A program made the position numbers and the translations under genes. Positions 1 to 10,108 of a DNA stretch of 32,000 bases are shown here, piece by piece (within the stretch, counting starts at the first letter, position 1; each line of letters begins with the position of its first letter). Source of the DNA: Candidatus Kuenenia stuttgartensis (GTDB lineage Bacteria; Planctomycetota; Brocadiia; Brocadiales; Brocadiaceae); assembly GCF_900232105.1 (NCBI RefSeq), contig NZ_LT934425.1:2850001-2882000 (forward strand), read 5' to 3'. The notes below the pieces were generated by a model. The model made no database searches and was not told the DNA's origin. It saw only the letters and a list, made by a program, of their open reading frames with translations.

Positions 1-382
1 GAATATCCTGAATAAGGGCGCCCCCGCAAACAACATTTATCAACTGAATGCCATAGCATATAGCAAAAACGGGGATCTTTAATTGAAGGGCATGATGTAA
101 AAGGGCAATATCTGAAACTTCTTTGTCAGGATGGATGCATGTCGTGTTTTTATGCCTTGTTTCACCGTACAATTCAGGGGAAATATCATCCCCGCCGGTA
201 AGAAGAAGTCCGTGCATTTTTTCTAAAAGAGAAACAACCTCCTCTTTTTCTCTCGGCACAGGCAATAAAACAGGTATGCCTCCCCCCATGATTATCGCAT
301 CGCAATACTCTCTGTATACAAAAGAATGAGGCCGGGTTTTTTCCCAGCGATAATCACAATTTACCGCAATGATTGGCTTCAT
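1..382 (-). CDS. Gamma-glutamyl-gamma-aminobutyrate hydrolase-like class I glutamine amidotransferase (partial, runs off left edge)
   Basis: Minus-strand reading MKPIIAVNCDYRWEKTRPHSFVYREYCDAIIMGGGIPVLLPVPREKEEVVSLLEKMHGLLLTGGDDISPELYGE...PVFAICYGIQLINVVCGGALIQDI; typical LLLTGGxDxxPxLYGE and nucleophile elbow AICYGIQ. Absent from the ORF track because no stop lies in the window. Confidence 0.85.
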   Translation of the reverse strand, partial: MKPIIAVNCDYRWEKTRPHSFVYREYCDAIIMGGGIPVLLPVPREKEEVVSLLEKMHGLLLTGGDDISPELYGETRHKNTTCIHPDKEVSDIALLHHALQLKIPVFAICYGIQLINVVCGGALIQDI

Positions 383-597
383 AACCTTAAGCAACTATCG
401 TAAAGGTTTTGACGAAACAGCAAGGCTCGTTTTTATAGTAATGGGATTAAGGAGAGGGGCATTATAGGCGGGAAACATACGTTGGATGATACAGCGGGAA
501 TATTCCTGAAGTGGTTGGAGTATTAATAATGATGGCCGAAATACATTAAACGAAATAAGTTTTCTTTTTTCGCGTACGTTTGTCTCTTATTCATTTT

Positions 598-1992
598 TTA
601 CAATATATACCGGCTAAGATCTTCGTCTTTGACAATTGCCTGCAATTTATCATTAACATACTTATCGTCAATAATCACTTCCTTACCCCCTTCCATATCA
701 GGTGCATCAAAGGAGGCGTCCTCCAGCAGTTTTTCCAAAACAGTATGCAGCCTCCTTGCTCCAATGTTCTGAGTACGTTTATTTACCTGCACGGCAATTT
801 CCGTAATAGTTTCAATGGCTTCCTTTTTAAAATGAACCTTTATCCCTTCTGTCTCAAGAAGTGATTTATATTGTTTGAGTAACGCATTTTTTGGCTCTGT
901 TAAAATACGTAAAAACTCTTCCTTCCCCAAATCTTCCAGTTCAACACGAATAGGGAATCTCCCCTGCAGCTCAGGAATTAAATCCGAAGGTTTTGAGACA
1001 TGAAACGCTCCTGCTGCAACAAAAAGAATACGGTCTGTTTTGACAATTCCGTATCGGGTATTAACGGTGGTGCCCTCTACAATCGGCAAGAGGTCTCTTT
1101 GCACCCCTTCGCGGGACACATCAGGGCCTCTGCTTGTTTCGCGCCCCGCAATTTTATCAATTTCATCAAGGAAAATAATCCCAAACTGTTCTGTCCTGCG
1201 AATCGCCTCCTGTATTGCCTTTTCCTTATCAATAAGTTTTTCCGCTTCTTCCTGTATTAAAATCCTCTTTGCCTCGGCAACCGGCGCCTTTCTGACCTGT
1301 GCCCGCGGCGGGATCATTTTTTCCATCATGTTCTGAAAATCTATCCCCATATCTTCCACACCGGCGACAAATCCCTGCAACACATATGACTTTTCATGTA
1401 CGGTAAGCTCCACCGTGCGGTTAGCAAGAGCGCCATCCCGCAATTTTTTCCTGAGTTTTTCCCTTGTTTTTATCCGCTGGTCTTCTTTTGCCACCTCTTT
1501 TTCCTTATCCATTTTCTCAGAATTCTTTGGAGTCGGCGGCAATAGCAGGTCAAGAAGGCGTTCTTCCGCCAACTCTTCTGCTTTGCCCTGAACATCTTTC
1601 ACCATCTCTGCCTTTACCATATTAACGCCAATTTCGGTAATATCGCGTATCATAGATTCAACATCACGTCCGTGATATCCAACCTCTGTGTACTTGGATG
1701 CTTCGATTTTAAGAAAGGGCGCCTTTACCATAGATGCCATGCGGCGTGCTATTTCAGTCTTTCCCACGCCGGTAGGCCCTATCATTATTATGTTTTTTGG
1801 TAAAATTTCTTCACGTAATTCCTCAGAAAGCTGATGCCTGCGCCAGCGGTTTCGTATCGCAATCGCCACGGCGCGCTTGGCGCTTTTCTGCCCAATAACA
1901 TATTTATCAAGCTCCTCAACAATCTTTCGAGGCGTCAATTCCTCCACTTCTATACTTCCTCCACTTTGATATTTTTGTTGGTATAGACACAA
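598..1992 (-). CDS. hslU: ATP-dependent protease ATPase subunit HslU (true start probably GTG near 1947)
   Basis: [33 protein letters not shown], Walker [14 protein letters not shown], Walker [13 protein letters not shown]-terminal [19 protein letters not shown]; directly downstream of hslV. Confidence 0.97.
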   Translation of the reverse strand: MCLYQQKYQSGGSIEVEELTPRKIVEELDKYVIGQKSAKRAVAIAIRNRWRRHQLSEELREEILPKNIIMIGPTGVGKTEIARRMASMVKAPFLKIEASKYTEVGYHGRDVESMIRDITEIGVNMVKAEMVKDVQGKAEELAEERLLDLLLPPTPKNSEKMDKEKEVAKEDQRIKTREKLRKKLRDGALANRTVELTVHEKSYVLQGFVAGVEDMGIDFQNMMEKMIPPRAQVRKAPVAEAKRILIQEEAEKLIDKEKAIQEAIRRTEQFGIIFLDEIDKIAGRETSRGPDVSREGVQRDLLPIVEGTTVNTRYGIVKTDRILFVAAGAFHVSKPSDLIPELQGRFPIRVELEDLGKEEFLRILTEPKNALLKQYKSLLETEGIKVHFKKEAIETITEIAVQVNKRTQNIGARRLHTVLEKLLEDASFDAPDMEGGKEVIIDDKYVNDKLQAIVKDEDLSRYIL

Positions 1993-2486
1993 ATATCCGC
2001 CGCAATATTCAACGATTCCGCAACAATTTCTTTCACAGACAACGGAGTGTGTTTTGCCAAAGCGCGGGCAGCAGCAACCGCATACGAACCTCCCGATCCA
2101 ATGCCAATGATACCGTCATCCGGTTCAATCACATCGCCGCTTCCGGAGATCAGAAAAGAATGCTGTTTATCTACCACCACCAGGAGGGACTCTAGTCTTC
2201 TTAATACCTTATCTGTTCTCCACTCCCTTGCCAGTTCATGTGCGCTCCGCAACACGTTACCCTGGTATTGTTCCAGCTTTGCATCAAAACGCTCCATAAG
2301 CGCGAAAGAATCCGCCGACGAACCGGCAAACCCGACCAGTACCTTATCATGATACAACCGTCGAATCTTTTTAGCATCATGCTTCACCACCGTGGCTTGC
2401 ATAGTAACCTGCCCATCGCCGCCTATGGCAACATGTCCGCCCTTTCTCACTGATAAAATTGTTGTGGATGAAATAAACGGTTTCAA
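1950..2486 (-). CDS. hslV: ATP-dependent protease proteolytic subunit HslV
   Basis: N-terminal [74 protein letters not shown]. Confidence 0.97.
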   Translation of the reverse strand: MKPFISSTTILSVRKGGHVAIGGDGQVTMQATVVKHDAKKIRRLYHDKVLVGFAGSSADSFALMERFDAKLEQYQGNVLRSAHELAREWRTDKVLRRLESLLVVVDKQHSFLISGSGDVIEPDDGIIGIGSGGSYAVAAARALAKHTPLSVKEIVAESLNIAADICVYTNKNIKVEEV

Positions 2487-2736
2487 AATAAATTCCTCAA
2501 TGTTTTACCCTAAAATAATTTAAGTTCAAATGGTATCAACAAAACTAAGAGTTATCAAGGGTTTTTCTCTTATGCGACACATTCCCCTTTGCCGGCATTT
2601 TACACATAAAAAATGATTGTATGATTTTGTAAAACTAAAGTGTTACATGATTTTTGAAAAGACTTTCGTACAGAATTTGTTATATAATGAAAAAGTTATT
2701 TTAAGGTTTTTATCTTTTATAAAGGAGGAGAGAATT

Positions 2737-3135
2737 ATGCTTGCAAAAGATGTTATGAATAAGATAGTTGTTGCGGCAAAAAGAAACACCCTTGGCAGGG
2801 ATTTAACGGTAAAACTTCTATCAGGCATGTATAGCGGAGTACCCGTGGTGGACGAAAAAGGAAGGGTTATTGGTGTTGTAAGCGAATTCGATCTTCTCAA
2901 AGTGATTCAGGCGGGAAAAAAACTGGAACAGGTAACGGCTGAAGAAATTATGACAAAAACCCCTGTATGCGTAAAAGAAGATTCCTCCATAGAGGAAATT
3001 ATCGACCTTATGACAAAGCACAATATTATCAGGGTCCCAGTAGTAAGGAACGATATGCTTGTCGGGATTATTTCACGGTGCGATATCCTTAGCAGTATGG
3101 TAGAACCTGAGTTTGTAACCGTTTGCTACGAATAA
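2737..3135 (+). CDS. Tandem CBS-domain protein
   Basis: AAAGGAGG precedes ATG at 2737; MLAKDVMNKIVVAAKRNT...SGVPVVDEKGRVIGVVSEFDLL...EIMTKTPVCVKEDSSIEEIIDLMTKHNIIRVPVVRNDMLVGIISRCDIL. Confidence 0.9.
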   Translation: MLAKDVMNKIVVAAKRNTLGRDLTVKLLSGMYSGVPVVDEKGRVIGVVSEFDLLKVIQAGKKLEQVTAEEIMTKTPVCVKEDSSIEEIIDLMTKHNIIRVPVVRNDMLVGIISRCDILSSMVEPEFVTVCYE

Positions 3136-3177
3136 GATTGTTCGCAATACACCAGACTCAGCAATCCGCAACCCAAA

Positions 3178-3225
3178 AAGTAGAGAAGCATGGCCATGCT
3201 TCTCTACTTATTTAAAAAAGTTTTT
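3178..3225 (+). terminator. Candidate terminator: perfect 16-bp inverted repeat followed by A/T-rich run
   Basis: AAGTAGAGAAGCATGG/CCATGCTTCTCTACTT (3178-3193/3194-3209) then ATTTAAAAAAGTTTTT. Confidence 0.65.
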
Positions 3226-3250
3226 ACAGGTAATACCATAGGAAGGCAAA

Positions 3251-5451
3251 ATGGCTGAACAGACTATTAAATTTGATATTTCCGGCATGCATCGCGTTAA
3301 CTGTGCCGCTACTATTGAGCGAAGGCTGCGTGAAGTAAAAGGTATTACATCGGTACGAGTAAATTTCTCCACGGCATCCTGCCTGGTCAGCTATGATACA
3401 CATGCTATAAACAAAAGTAGTATCGCAAGATGCATAAAAAGCATTGGTTATACTGCAAAAGAAAGGATGCGAATGGACCAATCATCAAAAGGGTCCGTTC
3501 AGATAGCATGGCTGATTTATAGCATTGCAGCTTCCATTGTAATGATGGTAATCATGTATGTTCCTTTTCCAGGACTGGATAATAAGCACCTTTCCTTCCT
3601 GCAGATGGGAATCGCAACAATCACCATTCTTGGTTCCGGTATGGACTTTTTTATCAGCGCCTATAAATCCATTAAAAATCTTTTTGCCAACATGGATGTT
3701 CTCGTCTCCATAGGAGTTTTGTCTGCCTTTCTCTACAGCGTCTTTGCCGTTTTCGGCATTTTTGGCGCTTCAGGCCACGCATTTTTCGAAACATCCGTAA
3801 TGCTGATTGCCTTCATCCGCATCGGAAAGTATCTGGAAGAACGCGCAAAAGGCAGGGCAGGCAAGGCGCTGCAAAAACTCATAACACTACAGGCAGACAA
3901 AGCGCATTTGTTGTCCCCTGAAGGAAAGGAAACGAAAGTAAACGCCTCCATACTTAAGGTGGGAGATACGGTTATTGTACGGCCCGGTGAAATTATTCCG
4001 GTGGATGGTGAAATAACAGAGGGAACGGCAACAATTGATGAATCCATGGTAACTGGCGAATCAATGCCGGTTGTAAAGAAAAAAGGCGACAGCGTTATTG
4101 GGTCAACCATTAACAAAACGGGAGTCCTCATTATAAAAACCTTGCGGGTAGGCGAGAAAACCGTTTTATCTCAGATTATTACTATGGTAGAAGACGCCCA
4201 GATGGACAAGGCTCCCATACAGCGGTTTGCGGATAAAGTGTCCAATGTCTTTGTTCCAATCGTTGTCGCTATTTCCATAATAACGTTTTTCTGCTGGTAT
4301 CTCATATTTTATGACGTCACTCCCACCCTCCCTTTGTATGGGCTTTAAAAACGGCGGTAGCAGTCCTGGTAATAGCGTGTCCCTGCGCCCTTGGGCTTGC
4401 TACGCCAACTGCCATTATGGTGGGGAGCGGCATTGGACTCAACAATTCAATACTCATAAAAAAAGCCAGCGCCCTTGAACAGATTGCGCGTATAGACACT
4501 ATCGTATTTGATAAAACAGGCACTATTACCGAAGGAAGGTTTGGGGTGACAAGCATCTTCCCGTCGGGAAAAATAAATGATAATGAACTGCTCACCCTCA
4601 CCGCCGCAGGCTGCGCCTTTTCTAATCATCCCCTTTCCCTTTCAGTTGTTGACGAAGCAAAGGCAAGAAATTTTACATGGGATACAGTTCAGGACTTCGA
4701 AGAACGTGCCGGCAGCGGGATACTTTGCAAATACAGGGATAAAGCACTGATGATAGGCAATGAGTCGCTTATGACATCAAACAATATCAATATTGAAGAC
4801 TTACGAAACAAAGCAGGGGAGTTGGAATATAGGGGAGAATCCATTCTCTACGTCTCTTACGACAATGTCTGCAAGGGCATGCTGGGGCTTGCGGATACAA
4901 TAAAACAAAACGCAAAGGACGTGGTAGCGTCATTACAAAAAATGAATATACGTGCCGTAATGATTACAGGAGATAACGAGCCTGCGGCAAATGCCGTCTC
5001 TTCCGCGGTAAACATAAAAGAATACCATTCGAAAGTTTTGCCGGGAGAAAAAAGGGACATTGTAAAAAACTATCAGGAACGGGGAATGAAGGTGGGAATG
5101 GTAGGCGACGGCATAAATGATGCGCCGGCCCTGGCGCAGGCGGATGTAGGCATTGCCATTGGCGCGGGAACAGACGTTGCAAAGGAGGCAGGCGACATAA
5201 TACTTATGAAAAATGATATTATGGACATTGTGCGGGCTATCCGGTTAGGGAAAAAAACACTGGCAAAGATACGGCAAAATTTGTTCTGGGCATTTTTTTA
5301 TAACTCCATTGGAATCCCGGTTGCCGCCGGCGCCCTGTATCCTTTCTTTGGCATCAGCCTTAAACCTGAATATGCCGGACTTGCAATGGCGCTTTCTTCC
5401 GTATCCGTAGTAACAAACTCCCTGCTCTTAAAACGGATGTCCTTCCGCTGA
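3251..5451 (+). pseudogene. copA: Heavy-metal (copper-type) translocating P1B ATPase, split into ORFs 3251-4348 and 4417-5451 by a 1-nt frameshift
   Basis: HMA-like N-terminus, TGESMPV actuator motif, [13 protein letters not shown] recovered in the -1 frame from about 4345 onward, [21 protein letters not shown]. Confidence 0.9.
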
Positions 5452-5787
5452 CGTGTATGATAAATCTTCCTGACCGCTTATTTTCGGAATATTTGCCAAT
5501 GCTGACTGTTTCATAGCGAGGCGCAGCAGTAACCAGGAAAAGTTACTTAGTTCTGAATAATAAATACTGTTGTTTTTTTGACAAATTCGAAACTCGAATA
5601 TCGAAATCCGAAAGAAATTCTAATATCAAATTAAAGAAATTAAAAACGAGGTTTGGAACATTTGAATTTGTAATTTTGAAATCGTTTCGGATTTCGTGCT
5701 TCGGACTTTGTCGTAAGCTCAATCGAACGATTTAGCAATCTTCAATAAACAAAAACCTACAAAAAAAGATGTTTTTACGGAGTAATA

Positions 5788-6843
5788 TTATAGAGGCATA
5801 AGATCCCTTCCTGCTATTTTTGCCCCTAATTTCCACGATACCGAAGTCTGTCTTCTTTCCTTCTTTGTCAATTCCGTATACGCAGAAATCACATCTTCGC
5901 CCGATTTAATACAGGCGCATATCGCTTCCGCAGCAAAAAGCCCCGACGACAATGCACATGAAATCCCTTCTCCAAAGGCATTCAAAAACCCCGCGGCTTC
6001 CCCCACCAGAAGGATATTGCCCTTCCCCAGAGAAAAATTCCCCGAAGCGCACATAGTATTTCCCAGGCAGCTTGTCTTTCGCACCAATTTTTTCAATGCC
6101 AGCCCATGTTCTTTCTCCAACATTTCGTGAAATGCATTTAGACAAGGAAGGATTTTAGCCCCCTTTCTTACGGATGTGCCAAACACCTGCAAATCATCCT
6201 TTACACTGAACCATGCATACACTTCGCCATATTTTTGGTCAAGGAATCCATGATAAAAATATGGGTCTAAACTGGACTGCCCTTCATAATAATTTTGATA
6301 TGCAATAAACCATTTCACATTACGCTCAAATGCTGGTGAAAGCATTGCCCTGATACAAGAAACACTTCCCTCGGCGCTTATCAAATACCTGCATTTTGCC
6401 TGGCGGATTTTATTTTCTCTGGCATCATAATAATGAACAACAACCGCATTCCCCTCCGTTTCAAACCCTTTAAACACAGCACAATCCATCACTTCTGCCC
6501 CGGAATTGCTGATAAGCCAGTAATCGTATTCCGAACGCCATACATTCGGCGCCCCCTCACTATCCTTTGAAAACGGCCAGTCTGAATAATTCCCAAGATC
6601 ACTCCAGAACCTTACCCCTTTTAACAGCTTTGGCTGTACATAAACGGCATCGGGAATCCTGCCAAAATAGCGTTCGGTGATCTCCTGGGATTTTTTAAAA
6701 ATAATGCCTGAACATATCTTATATCGGGGAAGTTTCTTTTTCTCCAATACCAGTACCCGGAGTCCCTCGCCGGTCAGCCTTTTTGCAGCAGCAGCGCCCG
6801 AAGGGCCTGAACCTACCACTACGGCATCATATATCGCATTCAT
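5788..6843 (-). CDS. Geranylgeranyl reductase family / FAD-dependent oxidoreductase
   Basis: N-terminal YDAVVVGSGPSGAAAAKRLTGEGLRVLVLEKKKLPRYKICSG, C-terminal NILLVGEAAGFLNAFGEGISCALSSG. Confidence 0.88.
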   Translation of the reverse strand: MNAIYDAVVVGSGPSGAAAAKRLTGEGLRVLVLEKKKLPRYKICSGIIFKKSQEITERYFGRIPDAVYVQPKLLKGVRFWSDLGNYSDWPFSKDSEGAPNVWRSEYDYWLISNSGAEVMDCAVFKGFETEGNAVVVHYYDARENKIRQAKCRYLISAEGSVSCIRAMLSPAFERNVKWFIAYQNYYEGQSSLDPYFYHGFLDQKYGEVYAWFSVKDDLQVFGTSVRKGAKILPCLNAFHEMLEKEHGLALKKLVRKTSCLGNTMCASGNFSLGKGNILLVGEAAGFLNAFGEGISCALSSGLFAAEAICACIKSGEDVISAYTELTKKERRQTSVSWKLGAKIAGRDLMPL

Positions 6844-7373
6844 CTTATACTCGCTTTCTCCAAATAAGTTTCCGGGAAACGATAGTTAACTTTTCCCATC
6901 AAAAAAACGTATTTGCCGGAACAGACTTTCAAAGGTAAAATGAAAACAGTTGTTTATCAATTATATATTACATTATGTACTGGCAATAATAAAAAACACT
7001 TTGGTTGCGGAATGTGCTTTTTATGGGGAATGTGCCCCTGATTTTCCATTTCTCCAAAAGTCTGAATTGTTACCATAGCATAGCAAAGCCGCAACCGAAA
7101 AGAGTTTAACCACAAAGGGCTTGGCGCGGCCTTTGGCCGCAACCAAATTCAAAATACGAATATCGAAATACGAAACAAATTCAAATGACAAAAAACCCAA
7201 TGCTCCAAACTTTACGTAATCCTCATCTAATCAATGCCTTACGGTTATGCATTTTGAAAAACGAGCATAAAAAACAAGAAGTTGATGGATAGTAGTACAA
7301 AGAAAAACTTACAAAAAAAGAAGTTTTTACATGGTAATACCATATCTTACAACTCATTCCGGAGGGAACAAAA

Positions 7374-7991
7374 ATGAAAAAGACGTTCCTTGTATATCGA
7401 TTAGCGCTTATACCATTTATTTTATTTACATTCTGTAGCGTTATTAACAGTAAGGAGGCACATGCCATGCAGTCAATAAAAGGAAAAAAGGTTGTAATAA
7501 TTATCGCAAAAAATAATTTCAGGGACGAAGAATTGCTGGAACCAAAGGCAATTCTGGAAAAAAACGGTGCGGCGGTAACAATCGCTTCTTCTTCATTAAA
7601 AGAATCAAAGGGGATGTTAGGGGCAAAAGTATCTCCGGATATCCTTTTTACGGATATCGCTGTTGGCGATTATGACGCAGTAATATTTGTGGGGGGGACA
7701 GGGTCAAGCGAATACTGGGACAACCCTACGGCGCATACGATTGCCAAAGAGGCAAACAAGGTAAACAAAATAGTGGGAGCAATTTGCATAGCGCCGGTGA
7801 CGCTTGCAAAAGCCGGATTGCTTAAAGGGAAAAAAGCCACAACATATTCCTCCACCGTAAATGATATCAAATCCGAAGGGGCAAATTACACCGGCGAGGG
7901 CGTTGAAAGAGACGGGAATATAATAACGGCAGACGGACCTGCATCGGCAAAGAAGTTCGGCGAGGCCATTGTAAAGGCGCTTCAGAAATAA
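7374..7991 (+). CDS. DJ-1/PfpI family protein with signal peptide
   Basis: Hydrophobic leader ending SKEAHAM; KKVVIIIAKNNFRDEELLEPKAILEKNGA, YDAVIFVGGTGS, VGAICIAPVTLAKAGLLKGKKAT. Confidence 0.88.
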   Translation: MKKTFLVYRLALIPFILFTFCSVINSKEAHAMQSIKGKKVVIIIAKNNFRDEELLEPKAILEKNGAAVTIASSSLKESKGMLGAKVSPDILFTDIAVGDYDAVIFVGGTGSSEYWDNPTAHTIAKEANKVNKIVGAICIAPVTLAKAGLLKGKKATTYSSTVNDIKSEGANYTGEGVERDGNIITADGPASAKKFGEAIVKALQK

Positions 7992-8202
7992 AAAATATAT
8001 CCATTTAGGCGATTAGCGCCTCAACATCGACAAAATTTTGTCGATATATCAAAGCGTCTAAATACGAAAGTCGAATGTCGAAATTCGAAACAATACCGAA
8101 ACTCAAAATTCAAATGTTCAAAACCAAGACCATGAGATGTGTCCGTTTGCTGTGGCCATAAAACCTGCCTGTTTCGTATTTCGTGCTTAGTATTTCGGAT
8201 TT

Positions 8203-8230
8203 CCTTTTCGCAGCACTGTCTGCGAAAAGG
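8203..8230. repeat. Intergenic hairpin, 11-bp perfect stem
   Basis: CCTTTTCGCAG - CACTGT - CTGCGAAAAGG. Confidence 0.6.
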
Positions 8231-8594
8231 TTTAGCACCTTATAAGTAATTTCTTTGCACTTTCTGGCAAATAAAGTAGGCCTTTGGTTGCTTTCTCAAT
8301 GTAGAGCGACGAGCCTCGTCGCTCTACAACGGCAACTTTTAAAAAATCACAATCTGTGAACCCGTAATGTATAATGTAGAGACCCATTGAAGAAGGCTTT
8401 GGAAAAGGATTATTTGTAGTAATTTCAGCGGAAGCAACGAAATGAAAATATGTATGTGAAGGGCAGGGAGGAATATGTGGCCTTTTGTTTCCTTTAACAA
8501 ATTAGTTGATTATATTAGCCAAAAGTCTTAAATTGTCGCAGAATATAAGGGATGCAAAACAGATAATGGCTTTTTCAGATAAGGAGAAACGAAT

Positions 8595-8837
8595 ATGAAT
8601 CCGCTTTTACAACGTATTACCATCGATCAGGGTGTCTGCTTTGGCAAACCCTGCATTCGTGGCACTCGCATCTGGGTATCACTGATTCTTGATTTTCTGT
8701 CCAATGGGATGAGTATTGAGGAGATTCTTGCAGAATATCCTCAACTGACGGAGGAAGATGTTCGGGCTGCTCTTGCCTATGGAGCTGAGATGGCGCGAGA
8801 ACGATATGTTGAAATACCAACCGGGACGACAGGATGA
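8595..8837 (+). CDS. DUF433 family protein, putative antitoxin
   Basis: RITIDQGVCFGKPCIRGTRIWVSLILDFLSNGMSIEEILAEYPQLTEEDVRAALAYGAE; start/stop overlap ATGA with next ORF. Confidence 0.88.
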   Translation: MNPLLQRITIDQGVCFGKPCIRGTRIWVSLILDFLSNGMSIEEILAEYPQLTEEDVRAALAYGAEMARERYVEIPTGTTG

Positions 8838-9205
8838 AGTTTAAATTAGATGAGAACTTTGGAACACGAACACAGGAAATTTTTCGTGCAGCGGGACATG
8901 ACATTCAAACAGTCCGTAGTCAGGAACTCCAGGGGTGTTTGGATCGAAATCTCTATGAGGTATGCTGTAAGGAACAACGTTGTCTGATAACGCTGGACTT
9001 GGATTTTGCGGATGTAATCAGCTTTCCACCATGTTCAGCAAGTGGCATAGTTGTCATTCGTATTCCCCGGAATCCAGGTTTTGCTTTGCTGGAACAACTG
9101 GTCCTGCAATTTCTACAATTACTCACTCAAATGCCCGTAGAGAAGAAGCTTTGGATTGTCGAGGTCGGCCGAATTCGGATTCATCAGTCAGAAGCAGGAA
9201 AATGA
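8834..9205 (+). CDS. DUF5615 family PIN-like protein, putative toxin
   Basis: MKFKLDENFGTRTQEIFRAAGHDIQTV...ITLDLDFADV; paired with upstream DUF433. Confidence 0.85.
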   Translation: MKFKLDENFGTRTQEIFRAAGHDIQTVRSQELQGCLDRNLYEVCCKEQRCLITLDLDFADVISFPPCSASGIVVIRIPRNPGFALLEQLVLQFLQLLTQMPVEKKLWIVEVGRIRIHQSEAGK

Positions 9206-9224
9206 CTGTGATAATCAAATAAAG

Positions 9225-9258
9225 GCGGGGCGGGGGTTTTAACATTTGCCCGCCCCGC
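9225..9258. terminator. GC-rich hairpin downstream of the DUF433/DUF5615 pair
   Basis: GCGGGGCGGG (9225-9234) and CCCGCCCCGC (9249-9258) with 14-nt loop containing GGTTTTAACA. Confidence 0.5.
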
Positions 9259-9275
9259 GTTGGAGCTTGAGCTTA

Positions 9276-9374
9276 GGCGCTGTAAATAAATTAACGTCTC
9301 ACTTTGAAGCCTTGATTGCATGTTTCCAGAGCATGAAATTGATCTACTTGATACCTTTATTTATTTACAGTGCC
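9276..9374 (+). mobile_element. MITE-like element copy A (99 bp)
   Basis: Terminal inverted repeats GGCGCTGTAAATAAAT / ATTTATTTACAGTGCC (one mismatch), flanked by TTA on both sides; exact reverse complement of 13698-13796. Confidence 0.88.
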
Positions 9375-9578
9375 TTACTTGCCTTTAAGTTCCTGGATGC
9401 GTTCTGCTGCTCCTGCGAGCTCTTTCTTCAGTTGGTCACTGTACTCTTCCAACATTTCCTGTTCCTCTTTTGTGGATATGAAACGTCGGAAGAAAGGACG
9501 ACATCCACACCCGCAGCAGCCACAGCTACATCCCAAAACCCCCGTCATTCTTTGGCTTCCTCCTGGTTTGCAACACAT
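9375..9578 (-). CDS. Small Cys-rich protein with C-terminal coiled-coil helix
   Basis: MCCKPGGSQRMTGVLGCSCGCCGCGCRPFFRRFISTKEEQEMLEEYSDQLKKELAGAAERIQELKGK; downstream of and co-oriented with an arsR. Confidence 0.7.
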   Translation of the reverse strand: MCCKPGGSQRMTGVLGCSCGCCGCGCRPFFRRFISTKEEQEMLEEYSDQLKKELAGAAERIQELKGK

Positions 9579-9694
9579 TTTTCATCACCTCCTTCCTATA
9601 AAATTCGATATTGTGCTGACCACGTCAGCAAACATATAAAGATAGTAGTTAGGTATTTAAGCATATACTTAATTATAAAATTAAAAAAATTTAC

Positions 9695-10108
9695 CTACTT
9701 CTTTGGGGTTGCTATTTCTTTAATCCTTTCATGGACAGTTCTGATTTCATTTTGCAATTCCTTCTCATATTTCCTGAGTAATTCTAAACTTGCTCCACTC
9801 AGTTCTTTCTCTTTGAATTTGCCGGTTTCTGAGCATCCACATGTACAAACTTCGTTTAAAATCTGTCGGCAATTTTCTAACGCCTCTTCATCTATGGAAT
9901 ACGGTATCCAGTATCCCTTTCTTTCACTCCTGACAAGACCTGACTGCTTCAATATTTTTAGATGTTGTGATACCGCGGCTGGTGTTATGCCAACCAGTTC
10001 TGCAATATTTTTGACGCCAAGCGGCCCCTTGGACTTCAGGAGATCAATTATTCTAACCCGTGTTTCCACGGCTAATACCTTAAAAATTTCGGAAGGTACT
10101 AACTTCAT
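9695..10108 (-). CDS. ArsR-family transcriptional regulator with C-terminal Cys cluster (VCTCGC) and helix
   Basis: EIFKVLAVETRVRIIDLLKSKGPLGVKNIAELVGITPAAVSQHLKILKQSGLVRSERKGYWIPYSID. Confidence 0.92.
   Translation of the reverse strand: MKLVPSEIFKVLAVETRVRIIDLLKSKGPLGVKNIAELVGITPAAVSQHLKILKQSGLVRSERKGYWIPYSIDEEALENCRQILNEVCTCGCSETGKFKEKELSGASLELLRKYEKELQNEIRTVHERIKEIATPKK

Noticed and set aside
4336-4352. Programmed -1 ribosomal frameshift in the P-type ATPase, as known for E. coli copA
   Set aside because: The zero-frame codons at the junction (GGG CTT TAA) give poor re-pairing, and the site is in the transmembrane region rather than after the metal-binding domains as in E. coli. Sequence error or mutation is simpler.
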